From the NCBI GenBank assembly GCA_000004985.1, contig GG738871.1: 64,000 bases of DNA; one strand, given 5' to 3'. The position numbers were made by a program, and so were the translations under genes. Position 1 is the stretch's first letter; each line of letters opens with the position of its first letter. Source of the stretch: Naegleria gruberi (taxonomy: Eukaryota). This document shows, piece by piece, positions 1 to 10,584 of the stretch. The notes under the pieces are model-generated. The model did no database searches and was not told the DNA's origin. It saw only the letters and a program-made list of their open reading frames with translations.

Positions 1-1700
1 GCGGTCAATTCTGTGAAATTCCAAAATGTAATGGAACAATGCAAGGTGATAATTCAGTTTGCTCAGGACATGGTTCATGTGTTGGTGTTGACCTTTGTAA
101 TTGTAATTCAACTCACTGGGGAGGTAAATTCTGTGAAATTCCAAAATGTTTTGGAGTATTAGCCAATGAATCTAATGTTTGTTCAGGACATGGTTCGTGT
201 ATTGGTGCTGATTTGTGTTCCTGTAATTCCACATATTGGGGAGACGAGAACTGTCAAACAGCAAAATGTAATGGTATTTTAGCAACAGATGCAAGTGCTT
301 GTAATTATCAAGGAGTTTGTTCAGGAGCTGACTTGTGTGTTTGTAATTCAACATATGGCGGTCAATTTTGCCAAGTACCTAGATGCAATGGAACAATGCA
401 AGGTGATAATTCAGTATGTTCAGGACATGGTTCTTGTGTTGGTGTTGACAAATGTAATTGTAATTCAACATCACTGGGGAGGTCAATTCTGTGAAATTCC
501 AAAGTGTTTTGGAGTATTAGCCAATGAATCTAATGTTTGTTCAGGACATGGTTCGTGTATTGGTGCTGATTTGTGTTCCTGTAATTCCACATATTGGGGA
601 GATGAAAATTGTCAAACAGCAAAATGTAATGGTATTTTAGCTACTCAAACAAATAGTGTTTGTTATGGACATGGTTCTTGTGTAGATGCCGATGTTTGTA
701 ACTGTAATTCCACATATTGGGGTGGAGAATTCTGCAAATATCCAAAATGTTTTGGAATCTTATCCACAGAAGCAAATGCTTGTTCGGCACCAAACCAAGG
801 TTTATGTGTTGATGCAGACACTTGTGCTTGTAACTCAACTTATTGGGGAGATGAAAAGTGCCAAACATTCAAGTGTAACAATATTCTTTCCACGTCAGAC
901 TCTGTTTGTTATGGTCAAGGAGTGTGTGTAGCTGTAGATACTTGCGTTTGTAACTCAACATATGGAGGCCAATTTTGTCAAACACCAAAATGTAATGGTA
1001 CTTTGGCCGGGGATAACTTAGTATGTTCAGGACATGGTTCTTGTGATGGAGTTGACAAATGTAATTGTAATTCAACATATTGGGGAGGTCAATTCTGTGA
1101 AATTCCAAAATGTTTTGGAGTATTAGCCAATGAATCTAATGTTTGTTCAGGACATGGTTCATGTATTGGTGCTGATTTGTGTTCCTGTAATTCCACATAT
1201 TGGGGAGATGAAAATTGTCAAACAGCAAAATGTAATGGTATTCTGTCAACACAAACAAGTACTGTTTGCTACGGTCATGGTTCTTGTGTAGATGCCGATG
1301 TTTGTAATTGTAATTCCACATATTGGGGTGGAGAATTCTGCAAATATCCAAAATGTTTTGGAATCTTATCTACCGATTCTTCAACTTGTTCATTCCATGG
1401 CTTGTGTATTGATGCTGATTTGTGTTCATGTAACTCAACCCATTGGGGAGGTGAAAAGTGTGACATTCCAAAATGTAATGGAATTTTAGCAACAGATACA
1501 AATGTTTGTAATTATCAAGGAGTTTGTTCAGGAGCTGACTTGTGTGTTTGTAACTCAACATATGGAGGCCAATTTTGTCAAACACCAAAATGTAATGGTA
1601 CTTTAGCAGGTGATAGTTCAGTATGTTCAGGACATGGTTCATGTGACGGAGTTGACAAATGTACTTGCAACTCGACATATTGGGGAGGTCAATTCTGTCA
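1..1700 (+). repeat. Intragenic higher-order tandem repeat: a ~590-nt unit of six EGF modules, about 3 copies, near-identical at nucleotide level.
   Basis: Segments 110-270, 500-660 and 1090-1250 are almost identical (ggtcaattctgtgaaattccaaaatgttttggagtattagccaatgaatctaatgtttgttcaggacatggttc...). The block 1-360 recurs at 361-; protein blocks FCEIPKCFGVLANESNVCSGHGSCIGADLCSCNSTYWGDENCQTAKCNGIL recur three times. Confidence 0.7.
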
Positions 1701-4107
1701 AACTCCAAAATGTGATGGTATCTTAGCTTCCAATACTTCGACTTGTAATGGACAAGGTTCCTGTATCAATGCTGATGTTTGTATTTGTAATGATTACAAT
1801 CTTTGGGAAGGTAAATTCTGCCAAGTACCAATGTGTTACGGTAAACCACAAGGTGGATCTTCCACATGTAATAATGGAAATGGTACTTGTACATCTCCAA
1901 ATCACTGTTCCTGTAACTCTGGATATGTAGGCCCAGAATGTGAATATCCAGTTTGTTTCAATGTACCTAGCAATGACTCTTCAGTGTGTAACAATCGAAA
2001 CGGTACATGTATTTCACCTGATAAGTGTGCTTGTGAAAGTGGGTGGACTGGCGATAGTTGTCAAACACCAATCTGTTTCTCAATTTTGGGTAACTCTTCA
2101 GCTGTTTGTAGTCAAAGAGGTAGTTGTGTAGCTCCAAATTTTTGTGTTTGTAAGGATCATTATTATGGAGACGCATGTCAAAGAACTACTTGTTATGGTA
2201 TTGCTGATGATTCTAGTTCAACATGTTTTGGTCACGGTTCTTGTAGTGATTACAATACTTGTAATTGTTCATCAGGTTATGGTCCAGACAATTATTGTGA
2301 GCATCCAATATGTTATGGTTATTTAGCAAATGATACTAGAGTTTGTAACAATTCACGTGGTGTCTGTTTGAGTCCTGACGAATGTAGACCTTTGGACCCT
2401 GTATGTTTCGAAAAGGCAAAGAACGACAGTAATGTTTGCAGTGGTCATGGTAAATGTGTTGATTGGGATTATTGTGTTTGTAACACTTCAGATTATTATG
2501 GAGATCAATGTCAATATTGGAAATGTTTTACAAAGAATTACAACGCCTCAAATGTTTGTAATAACGGAAACGGTACCTGCTCATCTGTTAATAATTGTGT
2601 TTGCAACAGTGGATGGTATGGAAATGAATGTACAGTTCCAATGTGTAATGGAATTCTTGGTAATTCATCCCTCGTTTGTAACAATGGAAATGGTACCTGC
2701 TCCAAACCAGGTGCATGTCAATGTAATACTGGATATACAGGATCTGATTGTTCCATTCCAATTTGTTATGACAAATTAGCAAGTGACACAAGTAATGTTT
2801 GTTCAGGAAAGGGTTCTTGTGTTGCTAAGGATACTTGCTCTTGTCAAAACAAGTATACAGGTTATGAATGTCAATATGCCACATGTTATGGAGTTTCATC
2901 CAATTCTACAAGTGTCTGTAGTGGTAATGGTACATGTAACGGAGTTGATTCTTGTAATTGTTTATATGGTTATGGAGATTCTCAATGTAATGTTTTCAAA
3001 TGTTCCAATATTTTGGCTACTAGTAATAGCGTGTGTAGTGGAAGAGGTAAATGTTATGGAATTGATAAGTGTCAATGTGATACTGGTTACTATGGTCCTA
3101 ATTGTCAATATACCACTTGTAATGGTATTGCTGCTAACGACACTTCTGTATGTAATAGCAATGGTACCTGTACTGCTTATGAAACTTGTTCTTGCTCTGC
3201 TGATTGGTATGGCAAAAATTGTGACATTACTAAGTGTTACAATATCTTCTCAAATGATACAAGTGTTTGCAGTAGTAAGGGTAAATGTATCCTCAAGGAC
3301 AAGTGTGTCTGTACAGACATTAATTATGGTGGTTCTCAATGTGCCGATCCATACTGTTTTGGTTATTTGGCCGGAACTGTTGGAGTTTGTAGTGGAAATG
3401 GTCAATGTTTGGGAGTTAACTCTTGTAATTGTAATACTGGTTTCCTTGCCTCAAAGTGTCAATTCAAAACAATTAGTGGTATCTCTCTCACGTTCAATGC
3501 CTCTGCTGATTATGCCAATGAAACTCTCACCACCAAGGCAACTTTGTCAATTACTGACTCTTCATTCAGTACCTATTATGCTTCTACTAGCTTGAATGCT
3601 ACATTCTCATTTGTTTTCAATGGAGTTACATCAACATTCGACAAGATTCTCCCAGCCGGATCCAACAATGTTGAATTCATTCTTCCATTCTTCTACACTC
3701 AAAAAGGAACTGTTACCAGCTCTGTAACTCTCAAATTCACTGAAAGTACCACAACCATTACTGCAGGTCAAGCAACTGGTTCATCTTTAACCATTCAACA
3801 AAGAGTAATACCAACACCAACACCTACACCTATCAAATCATCACCAAAACCACAAGTTTCTCCAGCCAAATCCACCAACACTGTCAATCCAAAGGCCTCC
3901 ACTTCAACAACCACTAAGAGTGATTCCAATGTTGGAGGTGCCATTGCAGCTGGAGTCATTGTTCCATTAGTTGTAATTGGTGGAGGTGGTATCACTGCTG
4001 CCATCATTGCTGTTGTTGTCATTATGAAGAAGAAGGCCGCCACAGCAGCTGCCAGAGAACTTACCTATGCCACTCACTACGATGTTGAATTGGCTGAAGG
4101 TTACTGA
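1..4107 (+). CDS. EGF-like repeat type I membrane glycoprotein, family member C. 5-prime partial; enters the window in frame 3, shifts to frame 1 near 466-472, TGA stop at 4105-4107.
   Basis: About 35 tandem ~32-aa Cys-rich modules (CxxxGxCxxxDxCxCNSTYWGGxxCxxPKC, tenascin/EGF-like). They are followed by a ~170-aa Cys-free domain, a Thr/Pro-rich stalk, a hydrophobic helix GGAIAAGVIVPLVVIGGGGITAAIIAVVVI, and the tail KKKAATAAARELTYATHYDVELAEGY. The ORF 39..494 and the ORF 289..4107 are the same gene joined by a 1-nt insertion relative to sister repeat copies (compare 100-120 with 466-480). Confidence 0.75.
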
Positions 4108-4290
4108 TCGGATCTTTAGATTCCTTAATTCTGAAATAAAAAAATATTCTAACATTTCAAAAATATTGAATATTTGATAAACTGTGAACCTAAGAAATCT
4201 CAAATATGGCAATTAATTAAATTTCACCTTTTTAGTTTACTAATATTAAGACAATAAACGAAAACATTTAAAATAAATAATTGAATAAAA

Positions 4291-5856
4291 ATGCCAGAAG
4301 CTGCTGTCCTTTATCAATACCTCAAAAAGCATTCATCACTCTCCGTGTTGGTGGCCGTAGCATCACTCTCCTATTTGACCATTAGTGAAGTTTTAACCCG
4401 ATACTTTAACTTGTCTTCGATGACAAATTCATCTTCATGTCCAAATAATAGTATATTGGGTAATTCACTTTCCGAATATTTAAAACAAGATAAAGAACAT
4501 GTTCATATTGTAGGAGGAGGAATTTCTGGTTTATTGATGGGATTTATGTGTAAGGAATTGAAAATTCCCTTCACAATTTATGAAGCCAATGAAAATTCGT
4601 GTGGTGGCTTGTTGGGAAGTGAAAGAATTGCATTCAATCATGATGAAGAGTGGATGATTGCGGAGAAAGCAGCAAATGGTGTAATGTGGACTCCTCAAGT
4701 GGAATTGTTGTGTGAAAGGATTGGATTGATGGAAAGAGTTTTGTCAACCAAGAAGGAGGCGAAAGCAAGGTTTTTTGTTAGGAATGGAAAGTTGACTCAA
4801 TTTCCTATCAGTTATTTGTCAGTGTTTAATTTGTTGACTTGGAGAATGTGGAAATTGCCAGTGAATAGCTCATTCCAAAGTTTGGATGATTATTTTGGAT
4901 TTTATTTTGGTGAGGAAATTAAGAATCAATTTTTGGAACCTGCATTTGCTGGAATTTTTGGAACGACTCTGAATAATTTATCAGTTTTTGGCACAACTGA
5001 AATATTTCCAAAATTATTGAGTCAATCTTTGAGTTTTCCAATTTCGTTGGTGAAAAACGTAATTTCTGAAGTGTGGAATGGAATATTTGGAAGAAAACAA
5101 ATGAAATCTTCAAATAGGAGAGGTACGCACAGTTTCCAATGTGGTGTTCAAGATTTGATTGACCATTTAGTTCGCCACTTGGGTACAAACAATATCAAGT
5201 TTGGATGTGAAATTAAGGATTTATCTCATTTCCCAAGTGGTCAGAGAGTAATTTTAACAACGCCTGCCTATCAGACATTGAATATTCTTCAAAGTAATCT
5301 CTCTACCACTGAAAATGGTAGAGAATTGATTGAATTATTATCTAAAATTAGATATACTCCAATAGGTACATGTACTGTGATTGTGGAAAGAAGCAAGTGT
5401 CCAAAATTAGAGAAAGGGTTTGGCTGTCTCATTCCTAGAAATGAAGGAATGCACATTTTGGGAGTCCTTTTCAATTCATCTATTTTTGAGAATAGAGTTT
5501 CACATGATGAGAGATTTGCCAGTCTTACTTGTATCATGCAAGATAATGAAAAAAGTGGAAAACTCTCTGATGAAGAGTTATTGGAAAATATTGTTTCTAA
5601 AGAGTTGAGTTTATTATTCATGAACTCAAAGGAGGAAAACATTTCCATTGTAAAGAGCTCAATGAAGAGGTGGAAGTATGGAATTCCAGTTTATGACCAT
5701 CATCTTTACAAGTCTTGGAGCTCAATTCATTCCATCATGAAACAAGATTTACCTAATGTTAATTTATTTGGAAACTATACGGGACAGATTTCTATTCGTG
5801 GTATGATTGGACAAGCTGTTGAGCTTTTGACTAGTTTGGAAAATAGAAAGCATTAG
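4291..5856 (+). CDS. FAD-dependent protoporphyrinogen oxidase (HemY/PPOX)-like oxidoreductase with an N-terminal ~75-aa hydrophobic extension.
   Basis: Rossmann dinucleotide motif HVHIVGGGISGL is present. EPAFAGIFGTTLNNLSV resembles the PPOX GIYAGD region, and the C-terminal NLFGNYTGQISIRGMIGQA resembles the PPOX C-terminus. Single 521-aa ORF, TAG stop. Confidence 0.6.
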   Translation: MPEAAVLYQYLKKHSSLSVLVAVASLSYLTISEVLTRYFNLSSMTNSSSCPNNSILGNSLSEYLKQDKEHVHIVGGGISGLLMGFMCKELKIPFTIYEANENSCGGLLGSERIAFNHDEEWMIAEKAANGVMWTPQVELLCERIGLMERVLSTKKEAKARFFVRNGKLTQFPISYLSVFNLLTWRMWKLPVNSSFQSLDDYFGFYFGEEIKNQFLEPAFAGIFGTTLNNLSVFGTTEIFPKLLSQSLSFPISLVKNVISEVWNGIFGRKQMKSSNRRGTHSFQCGVQDLIDHLVRHLGTNNIKFGCEIKDLSHFPSGQRVILTTPAYQTLNILQSNLSTTENGRELIELLSKIRYTPIGTCTVIVERSKCPKLEKGFGCLIPRNEGMHILGVLFNSSIFENRVSHDERFASLTCIMQDNEKSGKLSDEELLENIVSKELSLLFMNSKEENISIVKSSMKRWKYGIPVYDHHLYKSWSSIHSIMKQDLPNVNLFGNYTGQISIRGMIGQAVELLTSLENRKH

Positions 5857-7430
5857 AGTTTTGGTGGAATACCTCTACTGGATTGTGGTCTTTGTCGGGA
5901 TGGTGTTGAGAGGGAGATGAGTTTTCTTGAGAGAAGTGGTGTTCTAGTTGGATCCATAGTATTGGATGGCAGTGTCTTGTTTTGCTTTTGTACACCTAAG
6001 GATGAGAGAGGTGGTGTTTCTGGCGTTGGTGCTGTTACTTTCCTCTTGAGGAGTGGTTTATCTTTGAGTTGTGACCTATTTGGGAGACCAAGATCGTTTG
6101 CTTGATTTTCAACAAATGCTGCTTCTGTATTGTTGGACGATTGTTGTACTTCACTTGTGGATGACCTAGAAGAGGATGGAAGAATACTTTTTGAATTTGT
6201 GAGCGAGTTAATAGAAGATTGTTTTGATCCTAGTTGAGGAGTTGCTCTAGGTTGAAGGACAGAACGATTGGTGGAATTATTACTTGGTTGAGGGGTCTTA
6301 TTTGGTAATATAGATTTACCCTTCATTGGTGTTTTTGGATCTATATTTTCATTCATTGATAATCTGGCATTGTTGGAAAGTCTCGTATTTGTCATGTCAG
6401 AAAAACCTGAAGGAGATGATGGTGCTTGGTTCATAATTATGGAGAGACTCTCATTGAGATTTTGATTTGGAGAAGCTCTGATTGGACTCACACTTGGCAG
6501 TTTCGGTGAGGCAGATCTTAATTTTTCTGCCATGTTAGATGATGAACGTCTACCTGAATTGAAATCTTCCTTTTGATGATAATTAGTTGAACTCATTCTG
6601 GAAGAACTCTTTGTAGAGAGAGGTGACATTGAAGCAGCCACATGCTGATAATCACCAGAACCACCAATACCATTACTCATTCTCTGTTGCTGCATTCTTG
6701 AATTCATCATTGAATTGCCATTTCCTCTATTATTATTATTTACATAGGGAGTCATTGGTACTTCTCCCATCACTATTGCATGTTGATGATAATTCAAGCC
6801 TTTGTTTTGATGATCTTCATAGACAGGCTCTGCTCCATTATATTGTTGCTGATTATTAAACTCTGGAATCATCATTGAATTGACCAAGCCTCCTTGATGA
6901 TGAAGATGAAATTGATTCGGAATTGGATAACTAGGAGTTGGATTCTTCTTTTGATTATTGAGCATTTGAATTGTTTCCTTAAGGCTTTGATTTTCACTTT
7001 TTAATTGTCTAATAACATGTTCATAGTGAGAGTGTTGGAATTTGATTATTTCCTCCATCTTTGCAAGAGGCTCTTGGAAAACATTTCGATATTTAGAACT
7101 GACAAATTCGTATATATTCTTTGGAATGTGCTAGATATATATTATCAATATTATCAATTAATAATGAATAACCAACTCATTGGTTGATTAATTACATACC
7201 GATGCATCCATCAACGAAATAGCCTTACATTGTGTACGACAAACTTGACACTGAACATTTGATTGAGGTAAGGAGGAGGATGCTAAATGTTGTTGTTGTT
7301 GTTGTAGAATACAAGCCTCACATATAAAGTGTCCACATTCGAGAAAGTAGAATCCAATCGATCCAGCATCCCTCAAACAACTCAAACACTTGGGGATAAA
7401 TCCTGCTGCTGATGGTGTTGAAGAAGACAT
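5853..7430 (-). CDS. RING-finger (C3HC4-like) protein with short coiled coil and Ser/Asn/Gln-rich tail. Two exons, 7200..7430 and 5853..7130; intron 7131..7199 (GTATGT...TAG).
   Basis: Exon 1 encodes CLSCx13CGHxxCxxC...CxxC (KCLSCLRDAGSIGFYFLECGHFICEACI...CQVCRTQC). It splices in frame into IPKNIYEFVSSKYRNVFQEPLAKMEEIIKFQHSHYEHVIRQLKSENQSLKETIQML, then a long S/N/Q-rich tail. The architecture is reminiscent of Zip3/RNF212-type RING proteins (tentative). Confidence 0.5.
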
Positions 7431-7575
7431 TTTTTTTTAGAGTTGTTGTTGTTTTGTGTTTTCCTTAGTAATAGCCTTGTTGATTATGCTCAATCTGAGA
7501 ATAGTTTAGTTTCCACATATTTTGATAGTAATCATTAGGAAAATTATATAGCTTTTATTCTATACAATCATGAAT

Positions 7576-8215
7576 TTAGTTTGACATCATTAATCTACAA
7601 AAGTCCTCTATTGAAATTGAATTTTTCCATTTCATCATCATTATCATCATTATAATTTTAAAATTCAAATCAACAATTTGTGATCGGAATAAAATTAATA
7701 TCACATCACAAAATAACATAATCAATAATCATCATAAACATTAAACACCAATTATTATTATTATAGTAATGATGATGATGAACAACAAACAACATACCAT
7801 ACTTAATTTGACCATCACCATTAGTATCAGCTTCTCTAATAAAATCTTCAGCTTCCTCCTCATTAAACTTTTCACCCATCGATGTGAGAATGTGTCTCAA
7901 TTCTGCAGCACTAATAATTCCATCATTGTCTCTGTCGAATACTTTGAAGGCTTCTTTAATTTCATCCTCAGAATCATTGTCAGTCATCTTCTTTTGCATT
8001 AAAACTAAAAATTCCTTGAAATCAATAGTACCATTATTGTTAGAATCAACTTGTTTGATCATGTCATCTAATTCACCTTGTGATGGATTGAGACCGAGGG
8101 CTCTCATGACTGTGCCAAGTTCTTTGGTCACGATGGTACCATCAGAGTCAGAATCAAAGAGAGAGAAAGCTTCCTTGTATTCTTGAATTTGTTCGTCAGT
8201 TAATCTATCAACCAT
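7576..8215 (-). CDS. Calmodulin-like four-EF-hand protein. Two exons, 7798..8215 and 7576..7607; intron GTATGT...AG of ~190 nt.
   Basis: [76 protein letters not shown]...[46 protein letters not shown], then after the intron [10 protein letters not shown] stop. This is collinear with calmodulin (EEFVQMMTAK end). Confidence 0.8.
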
Positions 8216-8432
8216 TTTTTTTTAAATTATACATTTTATATAATTGTTGACAAGTGACTGATGAGTAACTCACTTGCTATTGATGACATTTTAACTTGAA
8301 AAAAGATAATTGTCAATTTTACAACTTTATGCATTTTCTCAAAAATATCTGAGAATGATAATTCACATTTTCAGTTTAATTTTCAATACTAGTTTACAAA
8401 ATCAATTTCGAACTTGTTTAATTTTAAAAAAA

Positions 8433-9058
8433 ATGTCATTAAATCAAGCAGAAATTGCCATCATTTCACGAAGGGTTCGAGAGGCCATTGAATTGCTCTT
8501 CAGTGATTGCAGTCTTCCACGTGATACCTTTCTCAAAGAAAGAATTGCAGAAAACAAGGATGGTTGTAAGTTTCGTTTAGTTTCTCTCTCGGAAATTCTA
8601 AACTCTTTCCTGAAGATGTCGATCTCGAGACCATTACACAATTTAACAGAATTCAACAAATTACCACCGATATGAATTTGATAATCAAAGCTCTTTCCAA
8701 GAGTTTCATGTTACAATTCGATTCTCAAAATACCAAAATCAGAAGAAGAGTTGCCTTACCTCCCTCCATCCAAACCACGCACACAAGAACCTTATTTGTT
8801 AAGAGATTTCCCCTCAATGAATCAATAGTAACACCTGAAAAAATTAAGCAATGTTTCGATGCCTATGGGAAGGTCGTTTACGTTGGGCTGAACAGAGAAC
8901 AACACTCTGAAAAATTTACGGGAAGCGCGTTTGTTGAATTTGATTCGGAGGTGGTGGTTGAAAAGTTGACCTTAAAGAGTGTTGTGGTAAAGTATAGTAA
9001 GGATGATGAGGAGGGATTGTTATTGAGGAAGGGAAGTGAGAGTCAGCAGAGAAGATAG
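8433..9058 (+). CDS. La (SSB) autoantigen-like RNA-binding protein: La motif plus RRM. Exons 8433..8565 and 8616..9058; 50-nt intron GTAAGT...AG.
   Basis: REAIELLFSDCSLPRDTFLKERIAENKDG / YVDLETITQFNRIQQITTDMNLIIKALSKS...KIRRRVALP aligns with human La ([52 protein letters not shown]...KIRRSPSKPLP). This is followed by RRM1-like TLFVKRFPLNESIVTPEKIKQCFDAYGKVVYVGL...GSAFVEFDS. The intron restores the frame between ORFs 8310..8675 and 8672..9058. Confidence 0.8.
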
Positions 9059-9283
9059 TTGAATGTTGTAATAGAAAAAGAAAAAAATTAATTTTTTAAA
9101 TAGTATTTACAAAATATTAAATATTATTATTTAAATACGCCAATAATGGTTGGAAAAGTGAGGCAATGAATCAAAACACCAAATTCTGATCTTTGCAAGC
9201 CAAAAGAATCTTGAAAAAAATTACAACATTAATTCTTCCGCCATCACCTTCAAAATTTATTTATTAAAATTATAAACATCATC

Positions 9284-10411
9284 ATGATGAGAATATCAAT
9301 TATTAACAAACAGCAACAGCAACCCTACACCATCATCCTTCTCTGCTCAATTTTTATAATACTCTTCTCTTTTGCCAATTGTTCAAGAGATGAAAGTCTT
9401 GTTTCTTCTTCTTCGGAAGACAAGGTTGTTCATCCCTCACATTTAATGGCCCTTTCTTTTAGTTTAATAGCAGGAATATCGACTTTTATTGGAGGCTTTA
9501 TTATTATTTGCATGGGAAAACCATCGGATGGAAAGATTGGCTACATGATGGGATTTGCTAGTGGAGTCATGATGTTTGTGTCGTTTTTTCATCTCATTCC
9601 TGAGAGTATTGAGGATATTGGAGTGATACCTTCGATTATTTCATTCATTATTGGATCTGTCTTGTTTATTGGAATTAGTAAAGTGTTATTGGGTGATTCG
9701 GATCAAGAAGATTTCATATTGAAACATCATGAAGATGATAATTTGAATCAATCATCTTCAACACTTTCATTGGAAGCTAGAAAGGATTTGAAACAAAATG
9801 ATGGTAATAGTAGCAGAAGTAGTGGAGGAAATAGTAGCTCAGATGAGAGTGATTCTGATTCATTGAAAAAGAAGGAAGTAGTTGATGTGAAAAAACCAGC
9901 CAATGTTACAACCAATAGAAAGAGATTGTATCATACTGCTATTATTGTCACTTTGGGACTTTCATTACATAATCTTCCTGAAGGAATGGCTGTTTATACC
10001 AGTACTTTGACCACTTACAAATTAGGATTAATGATTGCTCTTGCTATTGGATTGCATAATGTTCCTGAAGGTATGGCAGTGGCTATTGCTGTCTATGCTG
10101 CAACCAATTCAATTTATCAATCACTCAAGTATAGTTTAATTTCTGGTTTGTGTGAACCACTTGGAGCTGCTCTCTTTGGTGCAATGATTTATCTTGGATT
10201 TTTACCTCATTACATTGTGTTTTACATGTTGGCTGGTTGTGGAGGTATTATGGTCATTATCTGTTTTACAGAGCTCATACCTACAAGTTTGGAATATTTG
10301 GAGAATGGTCATTCACACATGTCTTCTGTTTTGCATTGTATATTTGCAAATGCTTTGGGCATGCTTGTTATTTATTTGTGTAGCTTATTTATTGAACAAT
10401 ATGAACATTAA
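9284..10411 (+). CDS. ZIP-family (ZupT/SLC39-like) metal cation transporter.
   Basis: Multiple TM helices; duplicated HNLPEGMAV / HNVPEGMAVAIA motif characteristic of ZIP transporters; His/Ser/Asp-rich cytoplasmic loop. Single ORF, 375 aa. Confidence 0.75.
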   Translation: MMRISIINKQQQQPYTIILLCSIFIILFSFANCSRDESLVSSSSEDKVVHPSHLMALSFSLIAGISTFIGGFIIICMGKPSDGKIGYMMGFASGVMMFVSFFHLIPESIEDIGVIPSIISFIIGSVLFIGISKVLLGDSDQEDFILKHHEDDNLNQSSSTLSLEARKDLKQNDGNSSRSSGGNSSSDESDSDSLKKKEVVDVKKPANVTTNRKRLYHTAIIVTLGLSLHNLPEGMAVYTSTLTTYKLGLMIALAIGLHNVPEGMAVAIAVYAATNSIYQSLKYSLISGLCEPLGAALFGAMIYLGFLPHYIVFYMLAGCGGIMVIICFTELIPTSLEYLENGHSHMSSVLHCIFANALGMLVIYLCSLFIEQYEH

Positions 10412-10584
10412 TTTCAGAGATGGAATTGAAATTGGATAGGCAGATTCTTCTTATTAGGAGGTTATGGCATCTCTTCTTGGGAAATTATCTCTAGTATTAA
10501 ATAGTTCACAAATATCTCCACTTCTCAAACTAGTAGATTTGATTAACATAAACTTGTTACTGTACAATTTTTATCCTAGTGAAT

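Noticed and set aside
2783-3595. Plus-strand 270-aa hydrophobic ORF (MTQVMFVQERV...) and similar alternate-frame ORFs at 29236..29829, 29836..30597, 47009..47770.
   Set aside because: Alternate reading frames of the EGF genes on the same strand. The composition (V/L/I/M-rich) is a frame-shifted read of G/T-rich Cys codons; the true frame is the Cys-rich one.
8310-8432. N-terminal extension of the La ORF (MSILQLYAFSQKYLRMIIHIFSLIFNTSLQNQFRTCLILKK).
   Set aside because: Low-complexity AT-rich read-through of the 5-prime UTR. Homology to La begins at the Met at 8433.
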